DNA of 64,000 nt. Origin: Spirochaetia bacterium (lineage in GTDB: Bacteria; Spirochaetota; Spirochaetia; DSM-27196; Salinispiraceae). The DNA is taken from contig JBBRCZ010000002.1 in assembly GCA_038204425.1 (NCBI GenBank), positions 96,001 through 160,000 on the forward strand, in the 5' to 3' direction. Under the pieces are notes generated by a model. It searched no databases. It was not told the DNA's origin and saw only the letters and a list, made by a program, of their open reading frames with translations. Positions 9,855-18,864 of the stretch are shown in pieces (within the stretch, counting starts at the first letter, position 1; the number at the start of each line of letters is the position of its first letter). The position numbers and the translations under genes are program-made.

Positions 9855-11679
9855 TCTTTATATCCAAGCCGTCGAGATTGTCATAAAAAACATTGTCCCA
9901 CTTGTCGCGGACGGCCATAAAACTGAGTGGATGAACGATGTAAGTGATAGGAACCTGCTCCAGAATAAGCTTTTGGAACTCGTCGTAGACTTTCTTGCGC
10001 TTAGCCGTATCAAGCGTAAAACGCCCTTGGTTATAGAGCGTATCGAGTCTGGCCTCCCAGTCTGTGGCTGGTTTTTTTTGCAATGGATACCAGAGGTGGA
10101 AGTTGCCCTTTGATTGCCAGACATTGGATCCGGACTCTGGCCAGTAGTTGACGCCCAAGGACACGGTCGCAATTTCCCAGTCGTAGGTGTTAGTCAACAT
10201 TTCTACCAATTTTTGAAAGTCAATTGATCTAACGCGGGCGTCTATGCCGATTGCCTTGAGCTCATCGGCAAAAATATTCATCATGTCGACGCCAATGTTG
10301 TTCTCAGAACCAACCTGGATGTTGATCACTACGGCATTGCCCTTACGGTCACGCAAAACCCCTTGCTCGTCGCGTGCAAAGCCTTCTTCGGTAAGGAGCG
10401 CAAGTGCTCGCTCAGGATTGTAGGTGTAGGGCAGGCTTATGTCTTTGTCAAACATAGGATTAGCAAGTGCAAAGAAGTGGTGGGCTGGCACCGCCAGTCC
10501 ACGGTAAACCTGCTGCGCAATGCGTTCGCGGTTGAGCAGGCTGCTCAAGGCCTGTCTAAACTTGGTTAGGGAAAGCCAAGAGTAGACGAGTTTATTCATA
10601 TTGCTTGGATTCTGGTTAAAGGCAATCATGCTCGAACCCAAAGACCTGCCGCCGTTGTAGACCGTATAGTCTGTGTTTTTAGCACTTACTAGCTCGCTCA
10701 CGTCCTCGGGGCGCAAAATATAGTTGTCTTTTTTGCCTTCTTTAAAGACCAAAAACTCAGTGTTGCGATCAGGCACTATGCGGTAAATCAATTGGTCGAG
10801 ATAGGGCAGCTTTTGACCACTTTCGTCAAAGCGCCAGTTAAGCGGGTTACGCTGCAAAACTACTCTAACTCCGGGGCTATACTCCACAATATGGAACTGA
10901 CCGATGCTGGGTATGGTTCTTGGATCAGAATCAATAGCAAGTAGGTCGAGCATTGCAACAGCGCCACCCTTTTTCTTCTTGTCACTTGGATACTTGGCGG
11001 CGTGATAAATGTATCGTGGGCCAAACTCGGAATTAGTACTCAAAATTGGGTTGGCGACAATGCGTGGAAAGATAAAGCTAAAGCGACGCTCGTCAATCTT
11101 TTCTATTCGAATTTCTGCTTGGCTACCATCGTCCATCTCAATAAATCTGCCACTGTAGCCTGGCTGTTGAAGACTTTGGTCGCCCTCGACTTCATTATAC
11201 CAAAAAACCACATCGTCACTAGTAACTTTTACCGCTTGTTCCTTGCTTTGTCCTGGCAATGACCAATAGAGCTCGTCCCGCAAGGTGTAAGTCACCTTTA
11301 AAAAATCTTTGGCTTGGTCGCTTTCTATTTCAAAGCTCGCAAGGTTGGGCTCAAACTCTTTGGTATATGGATTGTAGTCAACCAAGTATTCAAAAAGTGC
11401 TCCGACTATAGTACCGGTGTCGCCGTCACGGGCTGTCAAAGTATTAAAACTTTTGGGGTCGTTGTTTATGGACGATGTCCACGTACCGCCAGGTTTACCT
11501 ATCGCAAAGTCACGTTTGCCTATTTTGCGTGTCATTTTGGACAAAAGCTCGTTCTCAGCAAACTGGCTTAGGTCCTCAAGCTCATCAAACGAAACCTCGT
11601 CTTGTTGTGAGCAGGCACTCAAACTCGCAAACAACAAAAAGACAACAAGCGTTGTGGCCAAAAAAAATAGGCGCTTCAT
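9835..11679 (-). CDS. ABC transporter substrate-binding lipoprotein (family 5, OppA/DppA-like)
   Basis: Lipobox-like LSAC; DPKSFN, PNLA, VTSDDVVF, LPYLD motifs; first gene of the operon. Confidence 0.9.
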   Translation of the reverse strand: MKRLFFLATTLVVFLLFASLSACSQQDEVSFDELEDLSQFAENELLSKMTRKIGKRDFAIGKPGGTWTSSINNDPKSFNTLTARDGDTGTIVGALFEYLVDYNPYTKEFEPNLASFEIESDQAKDFLKVTYTLRDELYWSLPGQSKEQAVKVTSDDVVFWYNEVEGDQSLQQPGYSGRFIEMDDGSQAEIRIEKIDERRFSFIFPRIVANPILSTNSEFGPRYIYHAAKYPSDKKKKGGAVAMLDLLAIDSDPRTIPSIGQFHIVEYSPGVRVVLQRNPLNWRFDESGQKLPYLDQLIYRIVPDRNTEFLVFKEGKKDNYILRPEDVSELVSAKNTDYTVYNGGRSLGSSMIAFNQNPSNMNKLVYSWLSLTKFRQALSSLLNRERIAQQVYRGLAVPAHHFFALANPMFDKDISLPYTYNPERALALLTEEGFARDEQGVLRDRKGNAVVINIQVGSENNIGVDMMNIFADELKAIGIDARVRSIDFQKLVEMLTNTYDWEIATVSLGVNYWPESGSNVWQSKGNFHLWYPLQKKPATDWEARLDTLYNQGRFTLDTAKRKKVYDEFQKLILEQVPITYIVHPLSFMAVRDKWDNVFYDNLDGLDIKNVFLKP

Positions 11680-11766
11680 GGAAACCTCCCAGAAAACAAT
11701 CGATTTAAGAATAATACCGACTGGCGCTGTCTTTGTCAGTAGGCAACATTTTTGTTTAAGTAATTC

Positions 11767-11795
11767 TTGACATGGTTTTGCACTAAGGGTAAGGT
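11767..11795 (+). promoter_or_regulatory. sigma70 promoter upstream of the TPP riboswitch
   Basis: TTGACA-N17-TAAGGT. Confidence 0.7.
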
Positions 11796-11802
11796 AGGCA
11801 CT

Positions 11803-11887
11803 GTGTCGTGGGGTGGTTCCTTAAGTGGTGCCTGAGATCATACCCGTTGAACCTGATCCGGATAATGCCGGCGAAGGGAGCAAGACA
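11803..11887 (+). ncRNA. TPP riboswitch
   Basis: GGGGTG...CTGAGA..TACCCGTTGAACCTGATCCGGATAATGCCGGCGAAGGGAG matches the THI-element core; upstream of a YkoE-like gene. Confidence 0.93.
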
Positions 11888-11974
11888 TGCTCAAGGTTAA
11901 ACCCTCTCAACACATTAATTTTTTGTAAGCGCTGCGATAGCTTTAAGTTATTGCCGCGGGCGTAGGAGAAGTAT

Positions 11975-12535
11975 ATGGCCAAAAAATCTGGCTGGAGTTT
12001 GCGTGACATTGTGGTCATGGCAGTAGTGGCAGTGTCGCTCGGTGTTTTGTGGTGGGCATGGACCGCCATTTACAGTCTAGCCGAAGGACCGCTCAAAGCA
12101 ATTCACCCCGGACTGAGTTATCTGCTTGTTGGGGTGTGGTTTACTGGCGGAACCATAATTCCATTTTTAATCAGAAGACCGGGGTCTGCCCTGCTAGGCG
12201 AGGTGCTCGCGGCCGGAGTTCAAGGGCTAATTACTCAATGGGGTTGGACCAGCTTGGTCTGGGGACTCGTGCAAGGAGGCGCAGCGGAACTAGCCTTTGC
12301 CAGCGGCTGCTACAAACACTACGGCTGGCCAACCTTTGCTTTTGCCGGGTTTCTTTCCGGCGCCGCAAGCTACACCATAGACTTCTTTTGGTATCGCTAT
12401 GGTGACACCTACAGTCTGGAAACCTGTCTCGTGCAGGCGCTGGCTTGTATGGTCTCGGGAATAGTCTTCGGTGGACTACTGGGTCGAACAGTTGGCCTTT
12501 CTCTATCAAAAACAGGTCTTGCTTCCAAGGCATGA
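11975..12535 (+). CDS. ECF transporter S component, YkoE-like (thiamine/HMP)
   Basis: W-x-LRDIVV start, IRRPGSALLGE and GLVQGGAAEL motifs; under a TPP riboswitch. Confidence 0.85.
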   Translation: MAKKSGWSLRDIVVMAVVAVSLGVLWWAWTAIYSLAEGPLKAIHPGLSYLLVGVWFTGGTIIPFLIRRPGSALLGEVLAAGVQGLITQWGWTSLVWGLVQGGAAELAFASGCYKHYGWPTFAFAGFLSGAASYTIDFFWYRYGDTYSLETCLVQALACMVSGIVFGGLLGRTVGLSLSKTGLASKA

Positions 12536-14649
12536 CTACCAAGCCCGTACTGCTGCTTACTGACGCGCAACTTAGCCGTTGCACACGGTCGCTGATTAGT
12601 GTCGATAAATTTAGTGTCGCCACTGGGGAGCGCGTGCTTGTGACGGGCCGCTCAGGTTGCGGCAAGTCGAGCTTTTTGCTGGCCTTGGCCGGCATGGTAC
12701 CGGAATATGTTGATGCCCAACTATCAGGTAGCTGGCAGCTTAGTTCGTCAGTTGGGCTAGTTTTTCAGAATCCTTGGTCTCAGATGGTGTGCCCGACAGT
12801 TGAGGACGAAATAGCCTTTGCCCTAGAAAACCGAGGAATGGATGTCAAGACCATACGCTTGCGAGTCGACTCGGTTTTGGAATCCTTGCACATGACCAAG
12901 CTTGCCCACAGGAAGCCTTGGACGCTTTCTGGCGGCGAATGCCAAAAGGTTGCAATTGCAGCCGCCATTGCTCAAGAACCGCAGCTGCTTTTGCTCGATG
13001 AGTGCCTCAGCTATCTAGACAGCCAAGCTGCGGAAGAACTTATAGAATTAGTTGCCAGTCTGCCAGCGCAGATGGCCATAGTGATTGTTGACCACCAACC
13101 TTGGCGCTGGAAGGCGATAGTACGCAAAAGCTATCAAATAGACCAAGACGGCGTCCTAAAAAGTGTCCCTAACTGGCAATCGGCACCGCAACAAGCACCA
13201 CATCACCATTTAGCAAGTCTTGTTCAAGGCCAGACTATGCTCGAGCTGCACGAGGTGGATGCTGTCTACAAGCGTCGTGAGCCAGGACAAGATGAGCAAA
13301 CTGGGCACGTCAACAACTTGGTTCTATCTAAATTCAATTTAAGCCTCAAACAAGGGCAAAGCCTCGCCATAACGGGGCCATCTGGATCGGGCAAAACCAC
13401 CGTACTGCGCCTGCTGACGGGTGTACTAAAACCACAGGCTGGCAACGTCAATGTCCCCAAGGCCATGATTTATGTGCCACAAAACCCCGAGCATTTTTTT
13501 GTTTATCAAAGCGCCGCTGAGGAATGGCAAGGTGCAGAAGATCTTGCTCAGACTTTTGGACTTACTGCACTGGCCAATCGCCACCCCTTTACGCTTAGTG
13601 AGGGCGAAAAAAGGCGACTTACGCTTTGTGCCGCGCTTTCTAGCGCTCGCAAACGGCAACAAGATCTAGTCTTGCTCTTGGACGAACCAAGTTACGGCCT
13701 TGACGCTGCCAGTCTCAATGCCTTTGTACAAGCTATTGAACAGCTGCAAGCAAACGGCTTGAGCATGATTATGGTCAGTCACGACCTATCATTGTGCAGA
13801 CGTTTGGCCGACCAGATTATTGATCTCAAAATTCGCAATCAACCTGCTGTCGACAGTCAAATCTCACTCAAGTCTTCTAGACAGGGCATCTGCAATTTGG
13901 GCGCCAAGATCAATCCCCTAGCGCTGTTTTTGGTAAATTTTTTCTCGCTGATGCCGGTTATGCTTTCACTTGATTACTATGTGCCTGTTTTGATGACCTG
14001 CTTGAGCGTGGTCACTATAGTAGTGTTTCGGCCGCGAGCACTATCGTCTTGGCTGGCGGCCTCGTCTCTGATTGTGCTGGCTAGCTTTTGGGTTTTTCTT
14101 GCCACCGCTGGCTATGGAACTAGCCAAACAGGCCAGATTGTTCAGTTTTTGTGGATTGTTAAACCCAGTAGTGCCTTTGACAAAGCCTTAGTGCTTGCCA
14201 TGCGTAGTGCCGCTATGGCCATGATTTCTTTTTCGTTTGTTTTGATCGTCGACTTAGCTGAGCTTACGCGCTCGCTTATGGTGCAATGGAGATTGTCGCC
14301 GCGTTTTGGCTTTGCGCTTTTTACGGCGCTCAATATTTTGCCGCGTTTGCGCCAAGAACAAAAAACTATCGCCGTTGTGCACCGCATGCGAAGTGGCAGA
14401 CGATTAAATAAGCTTTTGCCTCAAGCCATTGCTTTGTTGGCCGGTGCCATCCGGCATGCCGAGCGCGCAGCTCTTTCTATGGCGCAACGCGGTTTGGAGA
14501 AACAAGCCGACCTTGGACCGCAGCGCAGTTTTTTGTCGGCTAAGGATTGGTCAAGTATCGATACAAGTACAGTGATTGTAGCTCTCTCTTTGATTGCCAG
14601 CAGTGTTTCCATTCTGCTGGCATCGGGATTGTTTAGGTTTGCTTGGTAA
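12532..14649 (+). CDS. Fused ECF module: duplicated ATPase plus C-terminal T component (YkoD-YkoC-like)
   Basis: Two Walker A motifs (GRSGCGKS, GPSGSGKT), two signatures (LSGGE, LSEGE), then hydrophobic helices and SMAQRG. ATGA overlap with the S-component stop. Confidence 0.85.
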   Translation: MTTKPVLLLTDAQLSRCTRSLISVDKFSVATGERVLVTGRSGCGKSSFLLALAGMVPEYVDAQLSGSWQLSSSVGLVFQNPWSQMVCPTVEDEIAFALENRGMDVKTIRLRVDSVLESLHMTKLAHRKPWTLSGGECQKVAIAAAIAQEPQLLLLDECLSYLDSQAAEELIELVASLPAQMAIVIVDHQPWRWKAIVRKSYQIDQDGVLKSVPNWQSAPQQAPHHHLASLVQGQTMLELHEVDAVYKRREPGQDEQTGHVNNLVLSKFNLSLKQGQSLAITGPSGSGKTTVLRLLTGVLKPQAGNVNVPKAMIYVPQNPEHFFVYQSAAEEWQGAEDLAQTFGLTALANRHPFTLSEGEKRRLTLCAALSSARKRQQDLVLLLDEPSYGLDAASLNAFVQAIEQLQANGLSMIMVSHDLSLCRRLADQIIDLKIRNQPAVDSQISLKSSRQGICNLGAKINPLALFLVNFFSLMPVMLSLDYYVPVLMTCLSVVTIVVFRPRALSSWLAASSLIVLASFWVFLATAGYGTSQTGQIVQFLWIVKPSSAFDKALVLAMRSAAMAMISFSFVLIVDLAELTRSLMVQWRLSPRFGFALFTALNILPRLRQEQKTIAVVHRMRSGRRLNKLLPQAIALLAGAIRHAERAALSMAQRGLEKQADLGPQRSFLSAKDWSSIDTSTVIVALSLIASSVSILLASGLFRFAW

Positions 14650-14655
14650 GTGAGC

Positions 14656-15282
14656 CTAGAGATTAGGCTTGGGTGTTTTGACCAAGTAGATCGCTGGCAA
14701 GCTCAGCAAGGTAACGGCAAACTTTACAGCCAAATTGATCAAGAAAATCTGAGCAACTATTTCGAGTGGAAGACCTGGGCTTCCAGGGAGGTCAATTGCA
14801 AAGGCCAAGGTGCAAAAAATTAGATTATCCAGTGGAATTGCTACACTGTTTGAGGCAAGCACTCCTAACCATTGTCGCTTTTCGCCAAAGCGCGCCCTCA
14901 GGCGATGGTAGACCTCAGTGTCCGAGAGTTCAGCTACCAGTTCGGCAATGATGCTGGCAAGCACAATGCGCCAGACTGGTCCCAAAACCTTGTCCCATTC
15001 TGTACCAAGTCCCCACTGAGGATCGGAGCCGACCAAAGTCGTAAATCCTAGGTACAAGGCCATCAATAAATTTACGGCGGCGGCACTAATAATGAGGGTT
15101 TGAGCGGCCTTTTTTCCTAGTGCTTTATGAACCAGATCGCGCAGGGTAAAGGTAATTGGGTACAAAAATGTACCCAAGTCTACCGCCAAACCGGCAAGCA
15201 GGCCAATCTTTAAACTGGCAATATCGGAGACCATCTGAGCGCCCAAGTAGGCACTAATGAGAACAATAGCAGAAACTGACAT
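14656..15282 (-). CDS. Queuosine precursor transporter (YhhQ/Vut family)
   Basis: SDIASLKI, GTFLYPITFTLRDLVH, RIVLASIIA, SNSVAIPLDNLIF motifs; preQ1-like leader. Confidence 0.85.
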   Translation of the reverse strand: MSVSAIVLISAYLGAQMVSDIASLKIGLLAGLAVDLGTFLYPITFTLRDLVHKALGKKAAQTLIISAAAVNLLMALYLGFTTLVGSDPQWGLGTEWDKVLGPVWRIVLASIIAELVAELSDTEVYHRLRARFGEKRQWLGVLASNSVAIPLDNLIFCTLAFAIDLPGSPGLPLEIVAQIFLINLAVKFAVTLLSLPAIYLVKTPKPNL

Positions 15283-15289
15283 AAAGAGT

Positions 15290-15355
15290 CCTTGTTTTGT
15301 TGAGGCGGGTGGCAGCAGGCCAGATGACCGAGCATCAAGCCAAAAAACGACCGCC
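15290..15355 (-). ncRNA. preQ1-I-like riboswitch aptamer 2 (overlaps the SD)
   Basis: GGCGG-UCG...CAC-CCGCC-UCAACAAAACAAGG; the tail resembles the T. tengcongensis preQ1-I tail. Confidence 0.6.
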
Positions 15356-15403
15356 GCAGTTTTTTATCCGGGTGGCGACAAGCTGTCGCGCGCTGCTACC
15401 GGT
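15356..15403 (-). ncRNA. preQ1-I-like riboswitch aptamer 1
   Basis: CCGG-UAGCAG...CAC-CCGG-AUAAAAAA-CUGC; GCAG/CUGC can form the pseudoknot. Confidence 0.65.
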
Positions 15404-15530
15404 TGGTGGCTACTATAGCTAAAAGTGGTCAAACAAGACAAGCTCAAACAGCACAAAGCGGATTGTTTGCAAATTTATTCGAGGCTACTACACTTAAAGA
15501 ATCTCTGGTCCGTCGATAGTAGCGAGCATT

Positions 15531-16085
15531 ATGAGTAAACAAGAACAGGCAACAGAAATAAGCCAGCGGCAGCGCCTCAGCGAGGCTTATCAAAGCGAGA
15601 AGCCTCGCTTTTTGGCAAGACTCAAGAAAGCTGGCAAGACCTTAGAAGAGGCAGAAGACATGCTGCATGAGCTGTATGCCGAAACCATTGAGCGATTGCC
15701 GCTTATGACGGGGGTGCGAAACGTGCCAGCTTGGATTAACTCTCTGCTCAGTCGTCGTTTAATCGATGCCTGGCGACACCAGAAAGTGCGCCATGCCTCC
15801 GGCGAAACGGATGTTGCAGAAGACACCCTGCGTGAGATTATTGCCGGCGCCGGCCTTAATCCGCTGGATGCCTTCGTGCAAGAGAGCATACTTGACGCGC
15901 TCAACGACGCCTTGCGGGCCTTGCCGGATGCGCAGCGTCGCGTCATAGAAGCTCAAGTTTTTGGTGGCAAGAGCTTTAAGGATATCGCTCAAGCCAGCGG
16001 AGAAAGCATAGACACAATAAGTGCGCGTAAACGCTACGCGCTTCGCAACCTTTCACACGCTCTACGCGAGTGGATAGAAGATTAA
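15531..16085 (+). CDS. ECF-type RNA polymerase sigma factor
   Basis: EAEDMLHE (region 2), AWI...RLIDAWR, ALRALPDAQRRV...GKSFKDIA (region 4 HTH). Confidence 0.88.
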   Translation: MSKQEQATEISQRQRLSEAYQSEKPRFLARLKKAGKTLEEAEDMLHELYAETIERLPLMTGVRNVPAWINSLLSRRLIDAWRHQKVRHASGETDVAEDTLREIIAGAGLNPLDAFVQESILDALNDALRALPDAQRRVIEAQVFGGKSFKDIAQASGESIDTISARKRYALRNLSHALREWIED

Positions 16086-16086
16086 A

Positions 16087-16500
16087 GTGGGCCACAAGGG
16101 CCATAGGAGCAAGATTATGGGTGACGGAAGAAGCGAAAAAAGAGAAATGGAAGACTGGTGGGAAGACCGGAGCTTGCCACAAAAAATAGCAGCCGGCATA
16201 GCCTTGGGAATATTGGGCATAGCTTTTCTGGCCCTGTGTGGCTGGATGCTTATGTCACTGTGGAACTGGCTAATGCCCGATATCTTTGGTCTCAAGACCA
16301 TCGACTACTGGCAAGCCTGGGGACTGTTTATTCTGTCGATGATCTTTTTTCATGGTGGAAGCAGCTCTGGCTCAAATGGACGCCGCAGTGAGCGTAAACG
16401 CAAACGCCATCTGCGCCAAGCTATGCAGGATCCGGAGTCCATGCCAATCAATCTGCAAGAACCATTGGCGCAAGCACAAAGTGAGCCTAAGCCAGAATAA
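16087..16500 (+). CDS. Small membrane protein downstream of the ECF sigma factor
   Basis: Two hydrophobic segments with LWNWLMPDIFGL...YWQAWGL. Start codon uncertain. Confidence 0.7.
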   Translation: MGHKGHRSKIMGDGRSEKREMEDWWEDRSLPQKIAAGIALGILGIAFLALCGWMLMSLWNWLMPDIFGLKTIDYWQAWGLFILSMIFFHGGSSSGSNGRRSERKRKRHLRQAMQDPESMPINLQEPLAQAQSEPKPE

Positions 16501-16551
16501 GTGTGGGGGGGCACCAGCCCCCCAACCTTGCCAGTAAGTAAAGGAAAATTT

Positions 16552-17523
16552 ATGAAAGCGATAGTCTATAGTGCCTACGGGAGCCCCGAAGTACTAAAGC
16601 TCAAAGAACTTGAGAAGCCGGCACCCAATCAAGAGCAGGTATTGGTCAAAATTGCTTACGCCTCAATCAATTCAGCAGACGCCAAACTAATGAGGGGCAA
16701 GCCTTTTTTGGCCCGTATGGCAGTCGGTGGTTTGCGAAAACCAAAAAAACAGATACTTGGTTCTGACATGGCAGGAACCATAGAAGCGCTGGGCGCCAAG
16801 GTGAGCCAGTTTAAACTCGGCGATAAAGTCTTTGGTGATCTAAGCGCAGCTGGATTTGCAACCTTTGCCGAGTATATTTGTATAGATGCAAAGCACTTGT
16901 CGCTAATTCCTGCCGGTGTATCCATGCAAGAGGCTGCAGCGGCGCCCATGGCTGCAGTCTGCGCCCTACAGGCCCTCAAGAAAGCTGGTGTCAAACCCGG
17001 CGATATGGTCTTAATCAACGGTGCCTCTGGTGGCGTGGGCATGTACGCCGTCCAGATTGCCAAAACAATCGGTGCCAAGGTAACGGCCGTCGGCTCCAGC
17101 GCAAAACAGCCTTTCTTGCAAACTATCGGCGCTGACGCAACTATTGATTATCAGAAGCAAGATCTGTTTAGCGCTACTCAATCCTACAACCATATAATCG
17201 ATGCGGCAGCCTATTGGCCGTTCAAAAAGTTTGCACCCTTGTTAAAGCCCAAGGGGCGCTATGTCTTGGTGGGTGGCTCAACTGCACTGCTCTTTGCATG
17301 CATGCTCAAAGGACCTTTTTTCTCAATGTTTTCTGGCAAAAAATACCTGACGCTTATGGCCCAAGCAAAAAAACAAGACCTCAACTATGTAGCTGAGCTT
17401 TTGCAAGCCAAAAAAATCGCCGCCCATATTGATAAAGTTTACCCATTGGCTCAATTGCCACAGGCCATGCACGATTTAGAAGAACGCAAACACCGCGGAA
17501 AACTCTTGATAGAGATGGTTTAA
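16552..17523 (+). CDS. NAD(P)-dependent MDR-family oxidoreductase (quinone reductase/ADH-like)
   Basis: MKAIVY..YGSPEVL, GSDMAG, NGASGGVG, GKLLI motifs. Confidence 0.88.
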   Translation: MKAIVYSAYGSPEVLKLKELEKPAPNQEQVLVKIAYASINSADAKLMRGKPFLARMAVGGLRKPKKQILGSDMAGTIEALGAKVSQFKLGDKVFGDLSAAGFATFAEYICIDAKHLSLIPAGVSMQEAAAAPMAAVCALQALKKAGVKPGDMVLINGASGGVGMYAVQIAKTIGAKVTAVGSSAKQPFLQTIGADATIDYQKQDLFSATQSYNHIIDAAAYWPFKKFAPLLKPKGRYVLVGGSTALLFACMLKGPFFSMFSGKKYLTLMAQAKKQDLNYVAELLQAKKIAAHIDKVYPLAQLPQAMHDLEERKHRGKLLIEMV

Positions 17524-17556
17524 AAACGCAAGCAATCAAGCACCGTTAGCGCCGGG

Positions 17557-17967
17557 CTAGATTGCTTTGCCACATTGGAAGCATTCACGCCTATAACTAG
17601 AATTTTCTGCGCCGCATGAGGAACATTTTACGGCTGCAATACCGCTGACGGTTGATCTGGAGTTTGGTCTCGGCGCAGCAGGCACATGCGGCGCTCTGAC
17701 TGGTTCTTCTAACTTTATAGCTTCTGTACTATCTATACTGTCCTTAACTGAGTCTGGTTCTTGTTCCTTGTGAACGTTTGCAAGGCCGGTCGTGTCGGTG
17801 CTAACACCGCCTAGACCCACATTGACATTTATAGTTTGACGACCTGCTCGTTCATCTTCAGAAAACGACTGCCGACTCGATTGGGTAGGCTTTGTTCGCA
17901 GAAGTTGCAATTGCACGACAATAATTACGAGAAGTAAGAGGCAAGCGACCTGAAAAAACACATCCAT
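17557..17967 (-). CDS. Single-TM protein with C-terminal zinc ribbon
   Basis: N-terminal hydrophobic helix; CSSCG...CFQCG. Start trimmed to MDVFF, 7 nt after TATAAT. Confidence 0.7.
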   Translation of the reverse strand: MDVFFQVACLLLLVIIVVQLQLLRTKPTQSSRQSFSEDERAGRQTINVNVGLGGVSTDTTGLANVHKEQEPDSVKDSIDSTEAIKLEEPVRAPHVPAAPRPNSRSTVSGIAAVKCSSCGAENSSYRRECFQCGKAI

Positions 17968-18105
17968 AGCAGTCATTATAAGCCGGACATCGGGCTTTGT
18001 CTTAGTCAACTCTCATTTATTGCGCTTGGCAAACCGATAATATTTTTGGTAGACCAACACTTTGCTAGATCTACACTAAAGAGCACTGGAGACTATGTTT
18101 AAACT

Positions 18106-18864
18106 ATGAAGCCAAAGCAGCTCACCGAAATGTCTGATGAGGAAGTGCTCCTTCAAGAAAACATGAATCTTATCGCCACAGGACTCTTTGCCTGCCAAAC
18201 CGAAGAACAAGTAGATCTTGCGGTAAGTTTTGCTCGTTATCTTAGTTCCAACGGACTTACCCGCAGCAACTATTCTTTGTTTTTACGCTTGATTGCTAGC
18301 AACAACCATTGGGTAGTGGACAGTTTAATCGGTGAGCGCCAAGCTCGATTGATGTTTGCCTCTATTCCCCCCAGTACCTCTTTGATCAAAGACGCCTTTT
18401 CGGTGCTCTCCTTCTTTCATTCAGACATAATCTACCAAAAGACCCTTGAGGCGGCTTTGGGTGTCATTCAAATGGCTTACTACGACCCTGACGACGGCTA
18501 CAATATTTACAAACTGCGCATCTCAGATATCAATACCCTTGGAAAATACCTTGAGAAGGACAAAGAACAGGGCCAGCCCATTAACGCTCTAGTCTTGGAA
18601 ATTTTGGATAGATTGAGCGGAATTGGCGACTACAACAAAGTACCTGCTAAAAACGTCTTAGCGCGCCATTCGTTCTATGTTCGTATTGCATATTTTGACC
18701 ACAGAAAAAATCTCGAAGACGTAATTCCACAAGTTTTGCTCTATAATGCAAGTAGGCGTAAGGTAGTGACCAACCCAAGTCAAATCTATCGAGAAGCCCT
18801 CAAGCGCGAGCAAGCAGGTTCCGCCAAGGTTAAGGCAGGCACTGCGGGCACAAAGGAAGATTGA
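18106..18864 (+). CDS. Unknown-family helical protein, paralog 1 (most divergent copy)
   Basis: Shares ACQTEE, NY, NHWVVD, IYQKTL, DGYNIY, DINTLGKYL, ILD, IPQVLL blocks with the three ORFs at 21021-23223. Confidence 0.85.
   Translation: MKPKQLTEMSDEEVLLQENMNLIATGLFACQTEEQVDLAVSFARYLSSNGLTRSNYSLFLRLIASNNHWVVDSLIGERQARLMFASIPPSTSLIKDAFSVLSFFHSDIIYQKTLEAALGVIQMAYYDPDDGYNIYKLRISDINTLGKYLEKDKEQGQPINALVLEILDRLSGIGDYNKVPAKNVLARHSFYVRIAYFDHRKNLEDVIPQVLLYNASRRKVVTNPSQIYREALKREQAGSAKVKAGTAGTKED

Noticed and set aside
15495..15519. sigma28-like TAAA...GTCGATAG before the ECF sigma gene
   Set aside because: Spacer is 13 nt rather than about 15, and the -10 is imperfect.
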